Assembly: GCA_030264375.1 (NCBI GenBank) | Contig: JASCQW010000162.1 | Location: forward strand, 25,779,505-25,843,504 | Length of the DNA: 64,000 nucleotides | Direction of reading: 5' to 3' | Source: Carcharhinus longimanus | Taxonomy: Eukaryota | Shown here: positions 37,201-52,200 of the stretch, piece by piece | Numbering within the stretch: the stretch's first letter is position 1 | Layout: each line of letters starts with the position of its first letter | Notes under the pieces: model-generated | Seen by the model: only the letters and a program-made list of their open reading frames with translations | Database searches by the model: none | What the model was told of the DNA's origin: nothing | Program-made: the position numbers and the translations under genes

Positions 37201-40200
37201 ACTTACTATGTCATCCCAGTCCAATGCTGGCATCGCCACATCATGATTGTGTGGAGTTTGCATATTCTCCCTGTGTCTGTGTGGGTTTCCTCTGGGTGCT
37301 TCGGTTTCCTCCCGCAGTTCAGATGTATATGTTAGGGGGATTAGTGGGGTGAATACATAGGATCACGGAGGTGGGCCTTGGTGGGATGCTCTGATGGAGA
37401 GTTGGTGTGGACTCAATAGGCCAAATGACCTCCTGCACTGTAGGGATTCTGTGATTCACCAGGATAAAATCAAGGATGGGAAGCTAAACTTATAAGTAGA
37501 GACTTGAGCTACAGGGACGATTTCCACTGCAGCAATTTCTATTGCAGCAGAGAAAGCTAAGAGAAGCTTTAAACAAAGATTTGTCAAATTACAATGTTTG
37601 GATAGTGTGAATTGGGGAAGTTTTTTTTGTTCTTTTTGCTTGAGTTAGTGATGGACCATCAATTTCAAATGGTGACTGACAATGAGGAGAGATGTCCTTT
37701 GCCACAATGGATGGTTGAACCAAACACTTATTACATCTTCTAATGGGAAATTAGATTGAATGTTTGAAACACTTTGAGTAGGCTCTGGAAGATGCATTTT
37801 TTTTTAAAGACTTAAATTTGCCATGTGTTACACAGATTAACCCTAAACCTTTCAGGTTTTTAGCAAAAGTGAAGTTATTTCAGATAAGTGCTTGTTATTT
37901 AATGGGAAGGCAATGCCCTACTAGTATTATCACTAGACTATTAATCCAGAAACTCAGCTAATGTTCTGGGGACCTGGGTTCAAATCCCACCATGGCAGAT
38001 GGTGGAATTTGAATTCAGTTTTAAAAAATTTGGAATTTAGAATCTACTGATGACCGTGAAACCATTGTCGAATGTTGGAAAAACCCATCTGATTCACTAA
38101 TGCCCTTTAGGAAAGGAAATCCGCTGTCCTTTATCTCGTTTGGCCTACATGTGACTTCAGAGCCACAGCAATGTGGTTGACTCTCAACTGCCCTCCAGTG
38201 GCAACAAGGAATAGGCAATAAATGCTGGCCAGCCAGTGATGCCCATGTCCTACGAATGAATTAAAAAATCTGCTTATGTTAGATTTGTATGCACTATACG
38301 TTTCTGGAGAGTGTAAATACTATGCCTTTAACTTTTAGGTAAACTTGTATTCAAAAATGCATTGTATCAAAGTTTTATATCCTTTTGTTCTGTGCAGTTT
38401 TATGTAATTGAATATGCTGCCTGTGATGCAACGTACAATGAAATTGTTACTTTTGAGCGATTACGGCCTATGAACCCAAACAAGGCAGTTACAAAGAATA
38501 TTTTCTTCAAATGCACGATTGATGTTCCTGATGATTTAAAAGAAGCGTAAGTAGAGGAGAGGTCCATGTTGTAATCATTTTAATTGTTTAAAATTTCCTT
38601 TTTTCCTCTCTTCACAATGTTGGAGTGGTAGTCAACCCAACAACTGAGCATTTTCATTGTTGTTGTTATTGCAGAACATGGGTCAGAAATACTTTTCACT
38701 AATCAAATTAAGTAGATGTCAGCCCACCACTGAATTAAAACGTCCTTGCGTGCTCTTGCATTTGCCTCCTATAGATGATTTATAAACTAAACTGTATAAA
38801 TTTGGAGCATTACATCTTAAGTAAAGTGACTGAGAAGGTTGATGATGGTAATGCAGTTAATGTTGCGAATATGGATTTTCAAAAGGTGATTGAATTGTCA
38901 CATAATGGATTTGGTTCCAAAATTGAAGCCTGTGGGATTAAAACTAAGGTGGCAAGTTGGGTACAAAATTAGCTAAGAATGATGTTTAATACAGAAGTGA
39001 TGCACTTTTGTAAGGAAGAAAGGGGAAACTAATAAAACAACTAAATGGTATTCTAAAGCAGGTGCATTAACAGAGATACCTGAGAGTTGATATGCACGAA
39101 TCTGGGTTGTTTTATAAATTGAGGATAGAGTATGAAAGGAAGTTATGCTATTCCACAAGTCATTCCTCTAGAATGTGATTATTGCCACATTTTGGAAAGA
39201 TGTCAGGGCTTTAAAAATATGCAGTAGTGTTTTACAAGAAAGATAACAGGGATAAGGAATTTTATGTGGAAGCTCAAAAGAGTTAGGATTGCTGTGCATT
39301 GAGTAAAGGTTGAGGAGATTTAGTAGAAATATTCAAAATTATAAAAGAATTTTTTCCATGGTGGGTGGAGGAGAGATGACAAAGCTGAAAATTTTATTTA
39401 CATAGTGAGTTATGATTTGGATTGCCATTATTTGAAACACTGATGGAAGCAGATACAGTGGTAACTTTTAGAATGGAATTATGTGCATACTTGGAAAAGA
39501 AGGATTTTCAGAGCTCTGATGTAAGAGTAGGCATGTGGAAGTTATGGATTACTTTATCACTGAGCTAGTACAGGTATGATGAGTTGACTTGCTGCCTCCT
39601 ATGGTATTTCATTCTATGATCCAAAAAAACTTTGCTTTCATTACTCTTAAAGTTAAATTACTCCAACATCACAGTTTTCATATTTGGTTTAAAATATGGC
39701 TTTTGTCTTTGGAAAATATTTTGACTATAATGCTTGTTTTTGTTTCTGATTACAAGAATGTTATCTGGATTTAACACTTTTTTTTCTTATCCAGCTGTGC
39801 ACATGAAAATGCACATAAAGATTTTAAAAAAGCAACTGAAGCGGACTGCATTTTCTACAGCGCCGACACTGGCCAATTGATAGTTTTGGTAAGAATTGAA
39901 GACTTGTTTACATTTGATTTTCAAAACTGATTTTTGCTAACATTATAAGGCTTTTCTGAGCCCACACCATTGCAGTGTTGACCACTTTACTAAAGGCAGG
40001 ATGTACTTACCTTTTGAGGGGTTGAAATAAAGAATCATTAGATTGATTCCAAGGGTGAGAAGGGGCACACGAAGTGGGAATTGAATGGAATGGGTCCATC
40101 TACTCTGGATTTGGAGGGAGAGGTGGTCTAATGGAAATGTTTAGGATCCTGAGGGCTAGATAGGATAGATGTGGTGATGCTTAGGTAGTAATTGTCTTTA

Positions 40201-43200
40201 GGTAAGTGTGTTAGTCATTTAGGGTTCTGATGAGAATTGTCTTTACCCAGAGGATACTGAATCTTTAGAATTTTTATTGCAGAGCTTTGGATGCTAATTC
40301 ATTGAGTATTAAGACAGAGACTGATTTATTTTCTTTTGGGTTATTTACTTCCTTTCTAAGGGAAACAAGGAAGTAGAAATAGAATGGGAATGGAAACAGA
40401 CTTCAGTAGCTGTATGGTGTATTCTTACTTATCAAGTTTTATAATCATGGAAATTTAATAAATAGTTTTGATTTCAGGTAAATGATTATTGGGCAAATGA
40501 CTATGATATGCTGTTATCTGATCAGAAAGGCAACTCTTGCAGTTAAATGCACACTATTTAGCAGATGTGCCTGACTCAGTATGCTAGTAAGAAGCTGCAA
40601 GTAACTATGTAGGTGGAGCATTGCTGGAATATTTAAGAATTAAGTTTTGCTTTCTGAAAATTATACAGATTATTATTTTTTAAACCTAGTCTACCAAAGA
40701 GGCCACAGTGAAGAGAGTTAGCATTCTTAGTGATATGCACTTGCGTAGCATCCGTACAAAGCTCATGCTTGTGTCCAGGAATGAAGAGGCAACAAAACAT
40801 TTGGAGGTAAGCAAACATATTGTCCCATTAAAGCTTATTTTCAAAGATTGTTATGAGTGGCTTTTTAATCAATGGCTTTCCTTTTCTGGAGTTGACAGAT
40901 TTTATATTAATATAAAAATTAAATGACATATAAAGAGGTGGTGAATGGCAACTTTTATTTTTAACTACATGTTTGTGCCAGTTTGAATGGCAAAGAAGAG
41001 ATTAGACTTGACTGTAATGGGCAAGCCTGGTAGGAGGTGTAGATGATCAAAATATAATATTGAATTTTTAAACACCAGTAATTTCTGCAATCTTGCTGGA
41101 GATTATTTGTGGAATCCTTGATTCTTCTAATTGGAGTTAACAAAGGCACATGATATTTGAAAGATGAAGGCTTCAAGACCAGCCTTGATGGAATCATTTC
41201 TGTGATTCATATTGCACAAAACTTGAAGTGCCTTAGTGAAGTGGAGGATTTTTGGTAGAATTGTTTAGAGATTTGCTGCTAGGGATGGGAATCATTTTGA
41301 AGACCAGAAGCTTCACTTGGGAATCGAATGCATGGTAGCATGCTAGCTGTAATTGTAAAATTATTGGGGGAAACATAACTGAACAAAAGCATTAATTAAA
41401 TGTATGAAACAATCATAAAACTGAGATTGTGCTTCACTAATTTGGAATTGTTAGTTTTGAGTTTATAACTACTCCAAATAATTAAGGAACAGGACTTCCG
41501 CAGAGGTTATTGGGTCATGTTGGAAAACAGATTGAGTAGATCAGAAAATACCTAATGGATAGGAAATTGGAGTGTACTCCAATATATCCCCCACAGAAGG
41601 GGGTATATTTAGGTGTCCTATGATGCACAATCGCTTAAAATTGTAGCCTGAGCAATAGCAACAATTATATTTCTTGGTTAGAGGGAGAATTGTTGCACAT
41701 ACAATGTGTAGGATGAGAATAAACAGTAAAACTGGGAACAGCAAATATTGGCCCTACTTTATCCAATTTGGAAATTTAAGCTGTGCAGAATTATTTTGTT
41801 CTGTTTTTTATATTCTGCCAGAAAGAGGATGGGTGGTACTCCAAGAAACCATCATTGGTAGCCGATAGGTATTCATAGCTGATTGGTGGAATGTTCTAAC
41901 TCCACTTATCCACTTTATAGGATAACTCAGATTGGGAAGTAGGCAGAGAAAGAAACTGAATTCACATCTACCTCTTGGGAGCGCTACTTTTCGAATTCTG
42001 CAAATATGCTTTTATTGTGATTAAAAATAATTCTAAACTGAAGGAATGAAGTTTTTTTAAGAATGACAAATAAGAGGAGAAATAATTCTGGCCTAAATGA
42101 GAGTAGGATTCCTTGAGGAAAACTAATGGAGAGAGTATATTTTAAAAAAAAGACCACCCAAATTTTATTGTTCTACCTGTCATTTCTACGCCTAGAAATT
42201 CGGGGAAAGGAGAATCTAGCTCAAGTTGCATAGTGTTTTTTCTGTGAAGAAGTGGATGAAAACTACATACTCCCTAGAGAAAAGTGCACTTTCTCAAATA
42301 ACTAGATTCTATGTTTTTCAGAATTTCTCATAGAAACTTGCAGTGCAGTGAAAAGCTAAAAACAGTGGAGCCCCAAAGAGATTTGAGGGTCCAAGTAGGT
42401 AAATTATTAACATGTCACAAACAGGTGCAAAAAATGATCAGAGGCTAATGGAATACTGGCCTTTAGATATGGGGGACTAGAGTATAAGGGCGTAGATCTA
42501 TGCAAACCTCTGGTTCTACCAAACTTGTGTAAGTGCTGAGAGCGGTTCTGGGTATCATTCCTTAGGAAAGATATTTTGACCATGCAGAATGTTTGGTATG
42601 GATTTAATAGAATAATATCTGAATCCCATGGGCTAAATTAGAAGAAGAGATTACACAAACTGTAGTCCCCTGAATTTAGAAGGTTGAAGGGAATTTGATT
42701 GAAGCTTTCAGAATATTCAGGGGAACAGATAGAATAGAGAAATCTATTTCTGCTGGCTGGGGAGTCTAGGACTGGGAGCATTGTTTAAGAGATTAGAATC
42801 AGATCTTTTCAAAGTTAAATTAGGAAATATTTCTATGCAGAAAAGTTGGTAGAAGCTTGGAACTTTTCTTCCAACACCAGTTGATGCCAGATGAATTATT
42901 GATTTTTAAATTTAAGGTTGATTTTTTTTTTTATCTGAAAGTATTAAGACATTTGGACAAAAGTGAATATGTGGACTTAGGTCAGCCATGATCTCGTTGA
43001 GTGACAGGCTCGTCCTATATTTCTAACAAATTGCTGCATTGAATACCGTATGTTGATTCATTTGCAGCATTCCACCAAAAAATTCCTGATTCAGCTCTGA
43101 TTAAATGTTTACAGGTTTGGCATTAAGACATGGAAAAATTGTACAAGGGTTGGTGTATCAATATTTTCCTTAGTTTTGGTGTTAGTGAGGGCTTATATAT

Positions 43201-46200
43201 ATGGTTGGCTGCAGAGGGAAAAACTGAATAGCTAGCTATGCTAGCTCAAGTGTTCATATTCAAAATGTTCCTTCATGTTAGTACCAGTGGGCATATGTCA
43301 CCTAAGTAAACTCTTTGGCAAACCAATTGACTATTTAATCTTCTTTTCCTTAAGAGTACTTGAACACTTCAATTTGAGTGCATAGAAATGACTGCTAAAA
43401 ATTGTGTACCTTGGAAATTCAAGATGTTTTGAATTATTTTGTTCTATTATATTGTTCATTTATATTCCTCTATCAAGAGGATTGATGATATTCTGAGAGA
43501 CCATCGGTAATGCTACATTGGTAGCTCAAGGGTGCTTCACAGTTGATTAGTGAGGTGTTCCAGTTCCAATTATCTATATCTCTTCACAGCACAGTTCAAA
43601 TTCAAAGCTTGAACTCCTATCCACTTCTTCCATGGAACTGATACAATATATACAATGCTACTGTGTTAAATTAAGGATTCAGAGTGTTTATGTTGTTTGC
43701 ATTGTGTCAACAGTGTTTGATTGTTGGAAATTTTAACTGCATGTGTTAGCAAATTTTAATGGCTACCAATCATGTCATTAATGTTCAAGCTTGCTGCAAA
43801 CCAGGTTTTGTGCAAAATTAATTTTTTTTTATTAAAAAGGAACTTAATATTCTTATTTAAACTACTCTCCGTCCAATGTTTATTCATGGCCAACCCAAAT
43901 GTCTGTCCTGCATCATCTGATATGATGTTCCCTCTTGTGGGTGAGTCCAGGACTAGGGGCCACCGTTTTAAAATTAGGGATTGCCCCCATAGGACAGGGA
44001 TGAGGAGAAATCTGAGTGTTGTGCAACTTTGGAATTCTATCTCAGCAAGTGGTAGAGGCAAGGTCACTGAATACTTTTAAGGTAGAGATAGGTTGATTTT
44101 TGTTGGACAAGGGAATCAAAGGTTGGGGTAGATGGGAATGTGGAATTCAACACAAACAAGATCAGCTGTGATCTTATTGAATAGCAAAACAGACTTGATG
44201 GGCCAAGTGGTCTACTTCTCCTATTTTGTTTCTTTTAAAAAATAATTTATGTCTTTGATTTTTAACTACCAGAGTACCAAGCAGCTGGCAGCTGCATTCC
44301 AAGAGGAATTTACTGTCAGAGAGGATCTTATGGGTCTAGCAATCGGAACCCATGGTTCCAATATTCAGCAAGCAAGAAAAGTTTCTGGTGTCACAGCAAT
44401 TGAACTTGATGAAGAAACAGGTACATTCAGGATTTATGGTGAGGTAAGGTCACAAGGATTTTTTTTTGAACACCTTGACTATTAAATCGATGGGCATGAA
44501 AAAGGCCATTCTTCCTCCAAAGGACTTTTAAAGGAAGTGATCAATAAAATTAAGTTAAAAAGATGTTGTAGATTTATGGAACCTTGGAATTGAATTACTT
44601 TTTGATTAGATTATTTTGAGATGACCAAGGCAACCTTTGAAGTGTCTGCACAATTACAATTCATACAATTTCTCTTGAATTGTCCAGGACTGCCTTTTCT
44701 ACCGCTAGGAGAAACAGAAATCTTTATGGCACAAAATGAGGTTGCTTGATCTCTGTGGTCCTGCAAGTTTATTTCCTTTTAAATGCCAATCTAACTTTTT
44801 TTTATTTTTGTCCATGGGCAATGAAATCTAGATCATCACCACTTGTGCTTTATAAACAAAAAGTCCTTCCTTGCATTCCCCCTGCATCTTTTGCACAAAA
44901 TCTTAAATCTGTGTTCCCAGTCCTTGTATGGGGATAGTTTTTTCTTGTGTCTTCTCTAAGCTATGCTGACCAGAACTGAAAACTATTCTTTAGCTGGGAC
45001 CTGACCAGAGTTTTTTATAGGTTGAGCATAACTTGCCTATTTTTGTACCCAATGCCTTGAATTATGCAGCCCAAGATACCATTTTGCTAGCCACTCTTTC
45101 AGTATGTCCTGCCACCTTCAAAGACCAATGCACATGTACTCAGGTCCCTCTGTTCAGTGCATGAATTTTCGAATTATGCTCCGTCTTCTCAAACTTGGGG
45201 ATGGTGGTGTCACAAAATCGGATTCTGTGGTTTCAAGTTCTGCAGCAGCAACAGCCGCTGTGTAGCTCCTGCTGAACTTTAATAGCTGCGAGGCTTCTTT
45301 AACAAAAAAGAACAAACAAAAGTACAGCACCACCCTGCCTTCTTGTAATTGATACTTCCAGCCTTGGAAAATGCATCTGACTATCCACTCTGTCTTTGCC
45401 CATCATAATTTTGTAGACCTCTATCAGGTCTCCCCTTAGCCCCTCTCCAGTGAAAACAATCTAGTTTATTAAACCTCTCCTCATAGCCAAGACCTTCACA
45501 ACCAAGCAACATCCCGGTGAACCGTCTCTCCAAAGTATTCTCTCTAAAGTTTCCAAGTCCTTCTGGTAATGTGGTGACCAGAACTGGTCATCAGTTAAAT
45601 TGCTGATGCTTAAGTCTTGATTCCTGTTTTAAGAAATCCATTGAAAAGATAATTAAAATAAAACGTGAAGATTTAAAAAGTTGTCCCTCTGCTTTCGCAT
45701 GTCTTGCTTTTCCACCAGCCCTTCCACACTCCGATCTCTCCCAACTTGCCCCCCACACAGGTTTCTGAGGGATCAAGGTTTCATGAACTTCGAAAAGGGC
45801 CCAACCCTGGGGGCGGGAAAAGCATGGCAAATGCTGAAGTATGCCATTAGGTCCCCTCTGCCAAAATACAAAATTGCACATTTTCCCCTGTATTAAATGC
45901 CATCTACTGCTTGTTTGTTCATTTTGCTAGCCTAACTACATCCTGTTGCAGGCAATTCGTATAGGTTTCTCTGTTTGCCTCTCCTCTAGGTTATTGGCAA
46001 ATTTTAAAATTTTACTCCACTTTCCAAGATGCAAGATGTTTATTTATATGTAGCATAAAAAGTAGTAGCCCTGTTTGAGGATCTTTGGGAACACTACTGT
46101 CTACCACTTTCTAGTCTAGAAAAACAGTTGCTGGGTTAAGTTTTGCTTCAAGTCAAATGTACGTGTAGTTTGACCAATTACTTTTGAACCTAGTTCTGTT

Positions 46201-49200
46201 TGATATTGAGTCCCAAATTTCTTTATTTGAAAAAGAGCTTTACTAGGACATATTCTAAATAAATGTGGCCATTTCGTAAGGGATAAACCCCAAAAGCTAG
46301 CGGCATTTACTACTAAATATACCTGTGGACTTCAAACTGGTGTTGTGAGACTTCTTATTATGTTTACCCCAGTCCAATGCCGGCATCTCCACATCAAACT
46401 CCACACAGACAGAGACCTAAGCTGGGAATCAAACCCAGGTCCCTGGCGTTGTGAGGCAGCAGTGCCAACCACTGTGCCACCATGGAAAATGCAGTCCATC
46501 ATCATCTGTCCAATTGAGGCAGCTCTGAAATATTGCCTTTATAAGAGTAGAAGTATTGTAAATAGATACAAATTAATCTATACGTTATAAATATGTACTT
46601 TTTAAAAAAGAACTATAGATGTGGGGTGGTAACTTTGCAAAAAACATTTTCCCCAAACTTAATCTTGTATTTTTCAGTCTACAGATACCGAATTAGTTCT
46701 GCATAAATTAACCACAATAGGAGCATTATATTGTGATTATTAATATTGCCCTGCTTTTTTGCCCAAAAAGATAATTTGCCAAAATGGCTACATACATGAT
46801 GCACACACAAAACAGGAAATATTTTTATATTCTTAATGGAATTAAAATAGCGTCGCAGAATGAGATCTTTCAAAGCAAAAAAAAAAAGCCCCTTTGTATT
46901 TAATTGAGAACAAGAGCTGAAACTTGACTTTTCTTTGAGACTTCTGGGTGTCAGTAATTGGGTAAGGAGGGGCAGGATAGCAGAAATGATCAGAATGAAG
47001 ATGCAGACAATACAACTGGTTATCATGCATACAATATTTCCCAATCAATACAATCAATGAATTGCCTAATGATCTGTTTACAGACTGAGGAGGCAGTCCA
47101 GAAGGCTAGAAGTTATCTTGAGTTTTTGGAAGATTCTGTTCAAGTTCCCAGAGATTTAGTTGGTAAGTAGTGCGTGATTAATATGGACAATAATATGTCA
47201 TGAAAGGTAACAAAATAGCTAAGAATGAAAGTGGACTTTCTAGGTGTTTTAGGCGACTTGAAATTCAACATACGAGACTGCAAAACATTAGTTAGGCAGA
47301 CAAATAGCAAATTATTTTAACCTAAATTATAGAGTACAAGCCAGTTTGTCTCACTCTGCTCAGAGTTTTTGTTAACCACAGAAACAGGACTAGTTCAAAC
47401 CAATGAGTCACTGGCCATTAGCCGACTCACCATCTTAAAATGCTGTTGTTGACAAGGCTATCAAGCGGCGCTACAAGTTCTCAGTTTGGATTACACCAGG
47501 ACCACGTGTCTCTAGACCTCGTTACAGTATTGGTCTAAACATGGACAAAAGAATTGAACTCCAGGGATGAAGTGCAAGTGTCTGTCATTGGTATCAAGGC
47601 AGTGTTTGACTGAACATTGCACTAAGGAGCCCTAGAGAAATTAGAATTGTGAGATTCAGATGGAGACTTTCCATGGACTGCAATCATATCTAACACATTA
47701 GNNNNNNNNNNTGGAGACAAGCGATCTCAGTCCCAAAATATTGTTGCGAGAATTCCTTGGGCAGTGTCCTAGACCCAATCATCATCAGCTGATTCATTGA
47801 CTTTCTTTCCATTATAAGGTCAAAAGTGGGATAGTTGGTTAATAATTGCAGTCTTGAGTTCCATTTGCAATTGCTCAGATTTGAAGCAGTTTGTACCCAC
47901 ATGCAACAAAGCCTGGACAACATCCAGACATAAACTGATCGGTGACGAGCAACATTTCCACCTCTGAGCATTTAAAAAAGATGATTCATTTATGATCTTA
48001 GTAGATGCATATAAGGTCGTAAATAGTACAGAATAGCTGGATACAGCACTGTTTCAAATTGTGGCAGTTAGATTTGACACAGTCTTGAACTAGTAAAAGT
48101 AAAATTTAGAACTTATATCAGGTAGTTATAAATGTGCAATAATCAATGTTAGGTTGACTTTTGATGCAATGGTAGAGAGGTCATCCACTGAATGAGGACA
48201 GCAAAATCTGATGGGATGAGTTAAGATGTGTCAAATTGCCTTATATGGCAATTTTGCTGCATTGTCAAATGTGCAGCGTTAGTTTAAGATACTTGTCTTT
48301 TATTTCAATGCAACGATTCACCCAGTTTTGATCTGTGAGAATTATCTTCTGACTATTTTCTTAGTTATATTTAGTCACGGCAGATAACAGTGCATGTTTG
48401 ATCTGTCCCTATTACTCTGTTAGGAATCTTCGTGACTGGAAAATATCAATTTGGTCCATTTGATTACCCCCAGGGTTCAGATGCAGAATATGGATTAAAG
48501 GTTAGAGGACAATTGGCAGACACTTTAGCAGCAAACAGTTTATGTAAAACTCCTGATTCATGCATGAGAACCATGAGATCTATGGATATTGCTCGCTATG
48601 ATTAGTGAAGATCATTGAGAAAGCATCCCTTTATTTTGGCTTTTGTGTGTGTTAGTAACAGGTAATGGTTAACACTTCAAATATGTAATTGAAATGAAAT
48701 TACTAATGCTTTCTCATTTTGATTGCAGGAAAAGTTATTGGCAAAAATGGTAAGGTTATTCAGGAGATAGTGGATAAATCGGGTGTAGTGAGAGTGCGAA
48801 TTGAAGGTGATAATGACAGCAGACAACCCAGAGAAGAGGTAATCTATTCAAGTGTTCATTGCTTGTTTTCATATAGCGTTCTGTCATGCTATTAGAAGCC
48901 CCATTTTCATTGTACTTTGATTCTAATTGGAAATCCAATCACTCCTTTGTTTTTATTGAGTTCTGTCTTGAAAGTAAAAGTGTAGATGGAACAATTAAAT
49001 CTCAGATTTTCCTAGTGAAATTTCATAATACTCGGGCATAAATTTTGAACAAAGCCCTTGGGTTGAAGGAAATTTTGTAGGTACATTATCTGTTTATGTT
49101 TGCAGACGTGAATGCAATCTAACAACTTAAGTTTAAACACATTTTAACCAAACTTTTCTTCAAATATGGACTTACTCGTTTTACAGCTTTTAAGATACTC

Positions 49201-52200
49201 TCCAATTTAAAAACTTGTTGAATTTTTCAGCACTGCTGATGGCAGTACTGTAGGTTTATAGCCATTCTGAGCAGCACTTTGGGTGGACTTACAAATCTGG
49301 AATTAAAAGTGATCGCCACAAGACCAGTTGATTGTTAGAAAAACTGGTTCATTAATGTCCTGTAGGGACTGAAATCTGCTGTCCGTACCTTGTTTAGTCT
49401 ACATGTGACTCTGTTCTCTGAGATAGCCTAGCAAAATACTCAGTTGTCCCTAACCACCATGAGCTCTATAAGGAATGGAATTGGATGAACCATTCGACGT
49501 TGACTTGGGCACCAGAAACGACAATGGCAAACTTGGCCCTGTTGACCCTCCTTAGTAAGTAACATCTAGGGGCTACTGCCAAGTTGGAAGAACTCCTCAC
49601 AACCTAGCCAAGTAACAGCCTGGCACAATCATACGGAATCAACTTCAATCTCCTATCATCAACAGTGGCTTGGTAGCATGACTACTGACCAAACTGGCCG
49701 AGTCCTGAAGAACGTAGTTGCTGGACGGCGTCTGTGGTGGGGGAACAAATGAGTGAAAAATATACGATCTCATCCTCACCAGTCTGCCTTCTGCAGATAC
49801 ATCAGTGACAGTATGAATAATAGTGTGACCACTGCACAGTCTTTGAGGAATAAAGTCCCATTTCCACACTGAAGATGCACTTCATCGTGTTGTGTGGCAC
49901 TAACGTCATGCTAAAACGGGCTAGATTTTGAACAGATGTAGCAGCTCATGACTGGGTATCCATGAGGTGCTGTGGGCCATCAGCAGCAGTAGAATTGTAC
50001 TTGATCTGCACTGTAACCTCATGGCATATTCTCACTCTGTTGCCATCAATCCAGGTGTTCAACCTTGGTTCAGTCAGTAGGACATGACAGGAGCGTTATC
50101 AGGCATAACTAAAATTTAAACTGGTGAAGCTACGATACAGGACTAGTGGGCTAAACAGTGTAAGCAGTAAATGACAGACAGCTAAGCTGTTCCGCAACCA
50201 ACAGATCAAATCTAAGTCCTACAATCCTGCCATATCCAGTTGTGAATGTTGGGGGACAGCTAACTCACTGGAGGAGGAGCATCACGCATATCCATATCAT
50301 CAGTAATGGGGGGGGGGGCCCGCACATCTATGCAATAGATAAAACTGAAGCATTTGCAACAGCTGGAAGTGCCAAATGATGATGAATCTCTGCCGCCTGC
50401 CCAAGTCCCAGAATCACAAATGCCAATCTTGAGGCAAATTGATTCACTCTACATAATATCAAAAAATGGTTGAAGACACTGGGTACTGCAAAGGCAATGG
50501 GACTTGAGAATATTCCAGCAATATTACCTTGTGCTTTGTGTTCCAGAACTTGCCATGTCCCTAGCCAAACTATTCCCGTACAGCTACAATACTGGCATCT
50601 ACCCTGCAATGTGGAAAATTGCCCAGATACCTCCTCAACAAAAAAGGAGGACAAATCCAACTTGGCCAATTACAGCCCCATCAATCAACACTGAATCATC
50701 AGTAAGTGATAGAAGGATTCATCCATAGGGATATTAAATGGTACTTGCTTATCTGTCTACTCACCGATGCTTAGTTTGCATTCTGCCAGGATTACTTGCC
50801 TCCTGACCTTTATTAATTCCTTGGTTCAAACATTGACAAATAAACTGCATTCCAGAGTTGAGGTGAAAGTGTCTGCCCATGATACCAAGGGTGTATTTGA
50901 ACAAGTCTGACATCAAGGAGCCCTAGCAAAACTAGAGTCAGTGGGTATCAGGGTTGGGGGGGGACTCTTCCTTATGATGTGGTGGTTGGAGGTCATTCAT
51001 CTCAGCTCCAAGGGATCACTGTGTTCCTCAGGTAGTATTCTTGGCCAACCATCTTTAGTTGCTTGATTAATGACCTTCCATCAAACATCAAGTCAGAAGT
51101 GGGAATGTTCTCTAATGTTCAGCATGATTCATGACTCCTCACAAAATGAAGCAGTCCGTGTCCAAATGTAGCAAGACCTGGACAGTATCCAGGTTTGGGC
51201 TAACAAGTGGCAAGTAACGTTTGTGCTACACAAGTACAAGGCAATGACCATCTCCAACAAAAGGGAATTCAACCATTGCCCCTTGAAAGGCATTATCATC
51301 ACTGAATCCCTGCTATCAACAACCTGTGGGGTTTATATTGACCAGAAACTAAACTGGACTAGCCATATAATTATAGTGGCTAAACAGGTCAGAGACTTGG
51401 AATCTTGCAGTAACTCCCCAATTCATTCCCCAAAGTCTGTTCATCACTTATATGGTACAAGTCAAGAGTGTGATGGAACACTTTCACGTGCCTGATGAGT
51501 ACAGCTCTAACACTGAAGGAGCTCAAAACCATTCAGGACAAAGCCATCCACTTGATTGGTACCCAATCTGCAAACATCCAGTCCTTTCCCTGCCGATGCA
51601 CAGTGGTAGCATTGTTTACTATCTGCAAGATGCACAGGAACTCACCAAGGTTCCTCAGCACCTTTCAAATCCATCACCACCACCATCTGGAAGAACAAGA
51701 ACAGCAGATGCAAGGGAGCATCACCACCTACAAGTTCCCATCCAAGTCAAACACCCTCCTTGGAACTATATTGCTGTTCCTTCACTGTTGCTGGGTCAAA
51801 ATCGTGGAACTTCCTCCTTAACAGCACTGTTGGTGTATCTGTACTACATGGATTTCAGCAGCTTAAGAAGGCAGCTGAACCACAGTGTTTAAGACAGGAC
51901 GTGGTGGTTCATCCAGAGCAAAATTTTGCACCTTCCCGTGAGAGCTGACAATACAGGTGCGAAAAATCTGTACGTTATCTCTGGCAAAGGCATCAAGAGG
52001 TGTTTGAACAGGCTGCCAGCTGCTCGTATTGACGACATGGTCATGGCAACTGAGGGAAAGGGTGCATCCAGCTGTAGTGAAATGGCACTGGAAAGCATAC
52101 TGGAGAAAAGACGGAGTTTTCCTCTACTTTGAGGACAATGCAGGGGTGATAGTAAATAACAAAGGTGAAATGAAAGGTTCTGCGATTACGGGTCCTGTTG

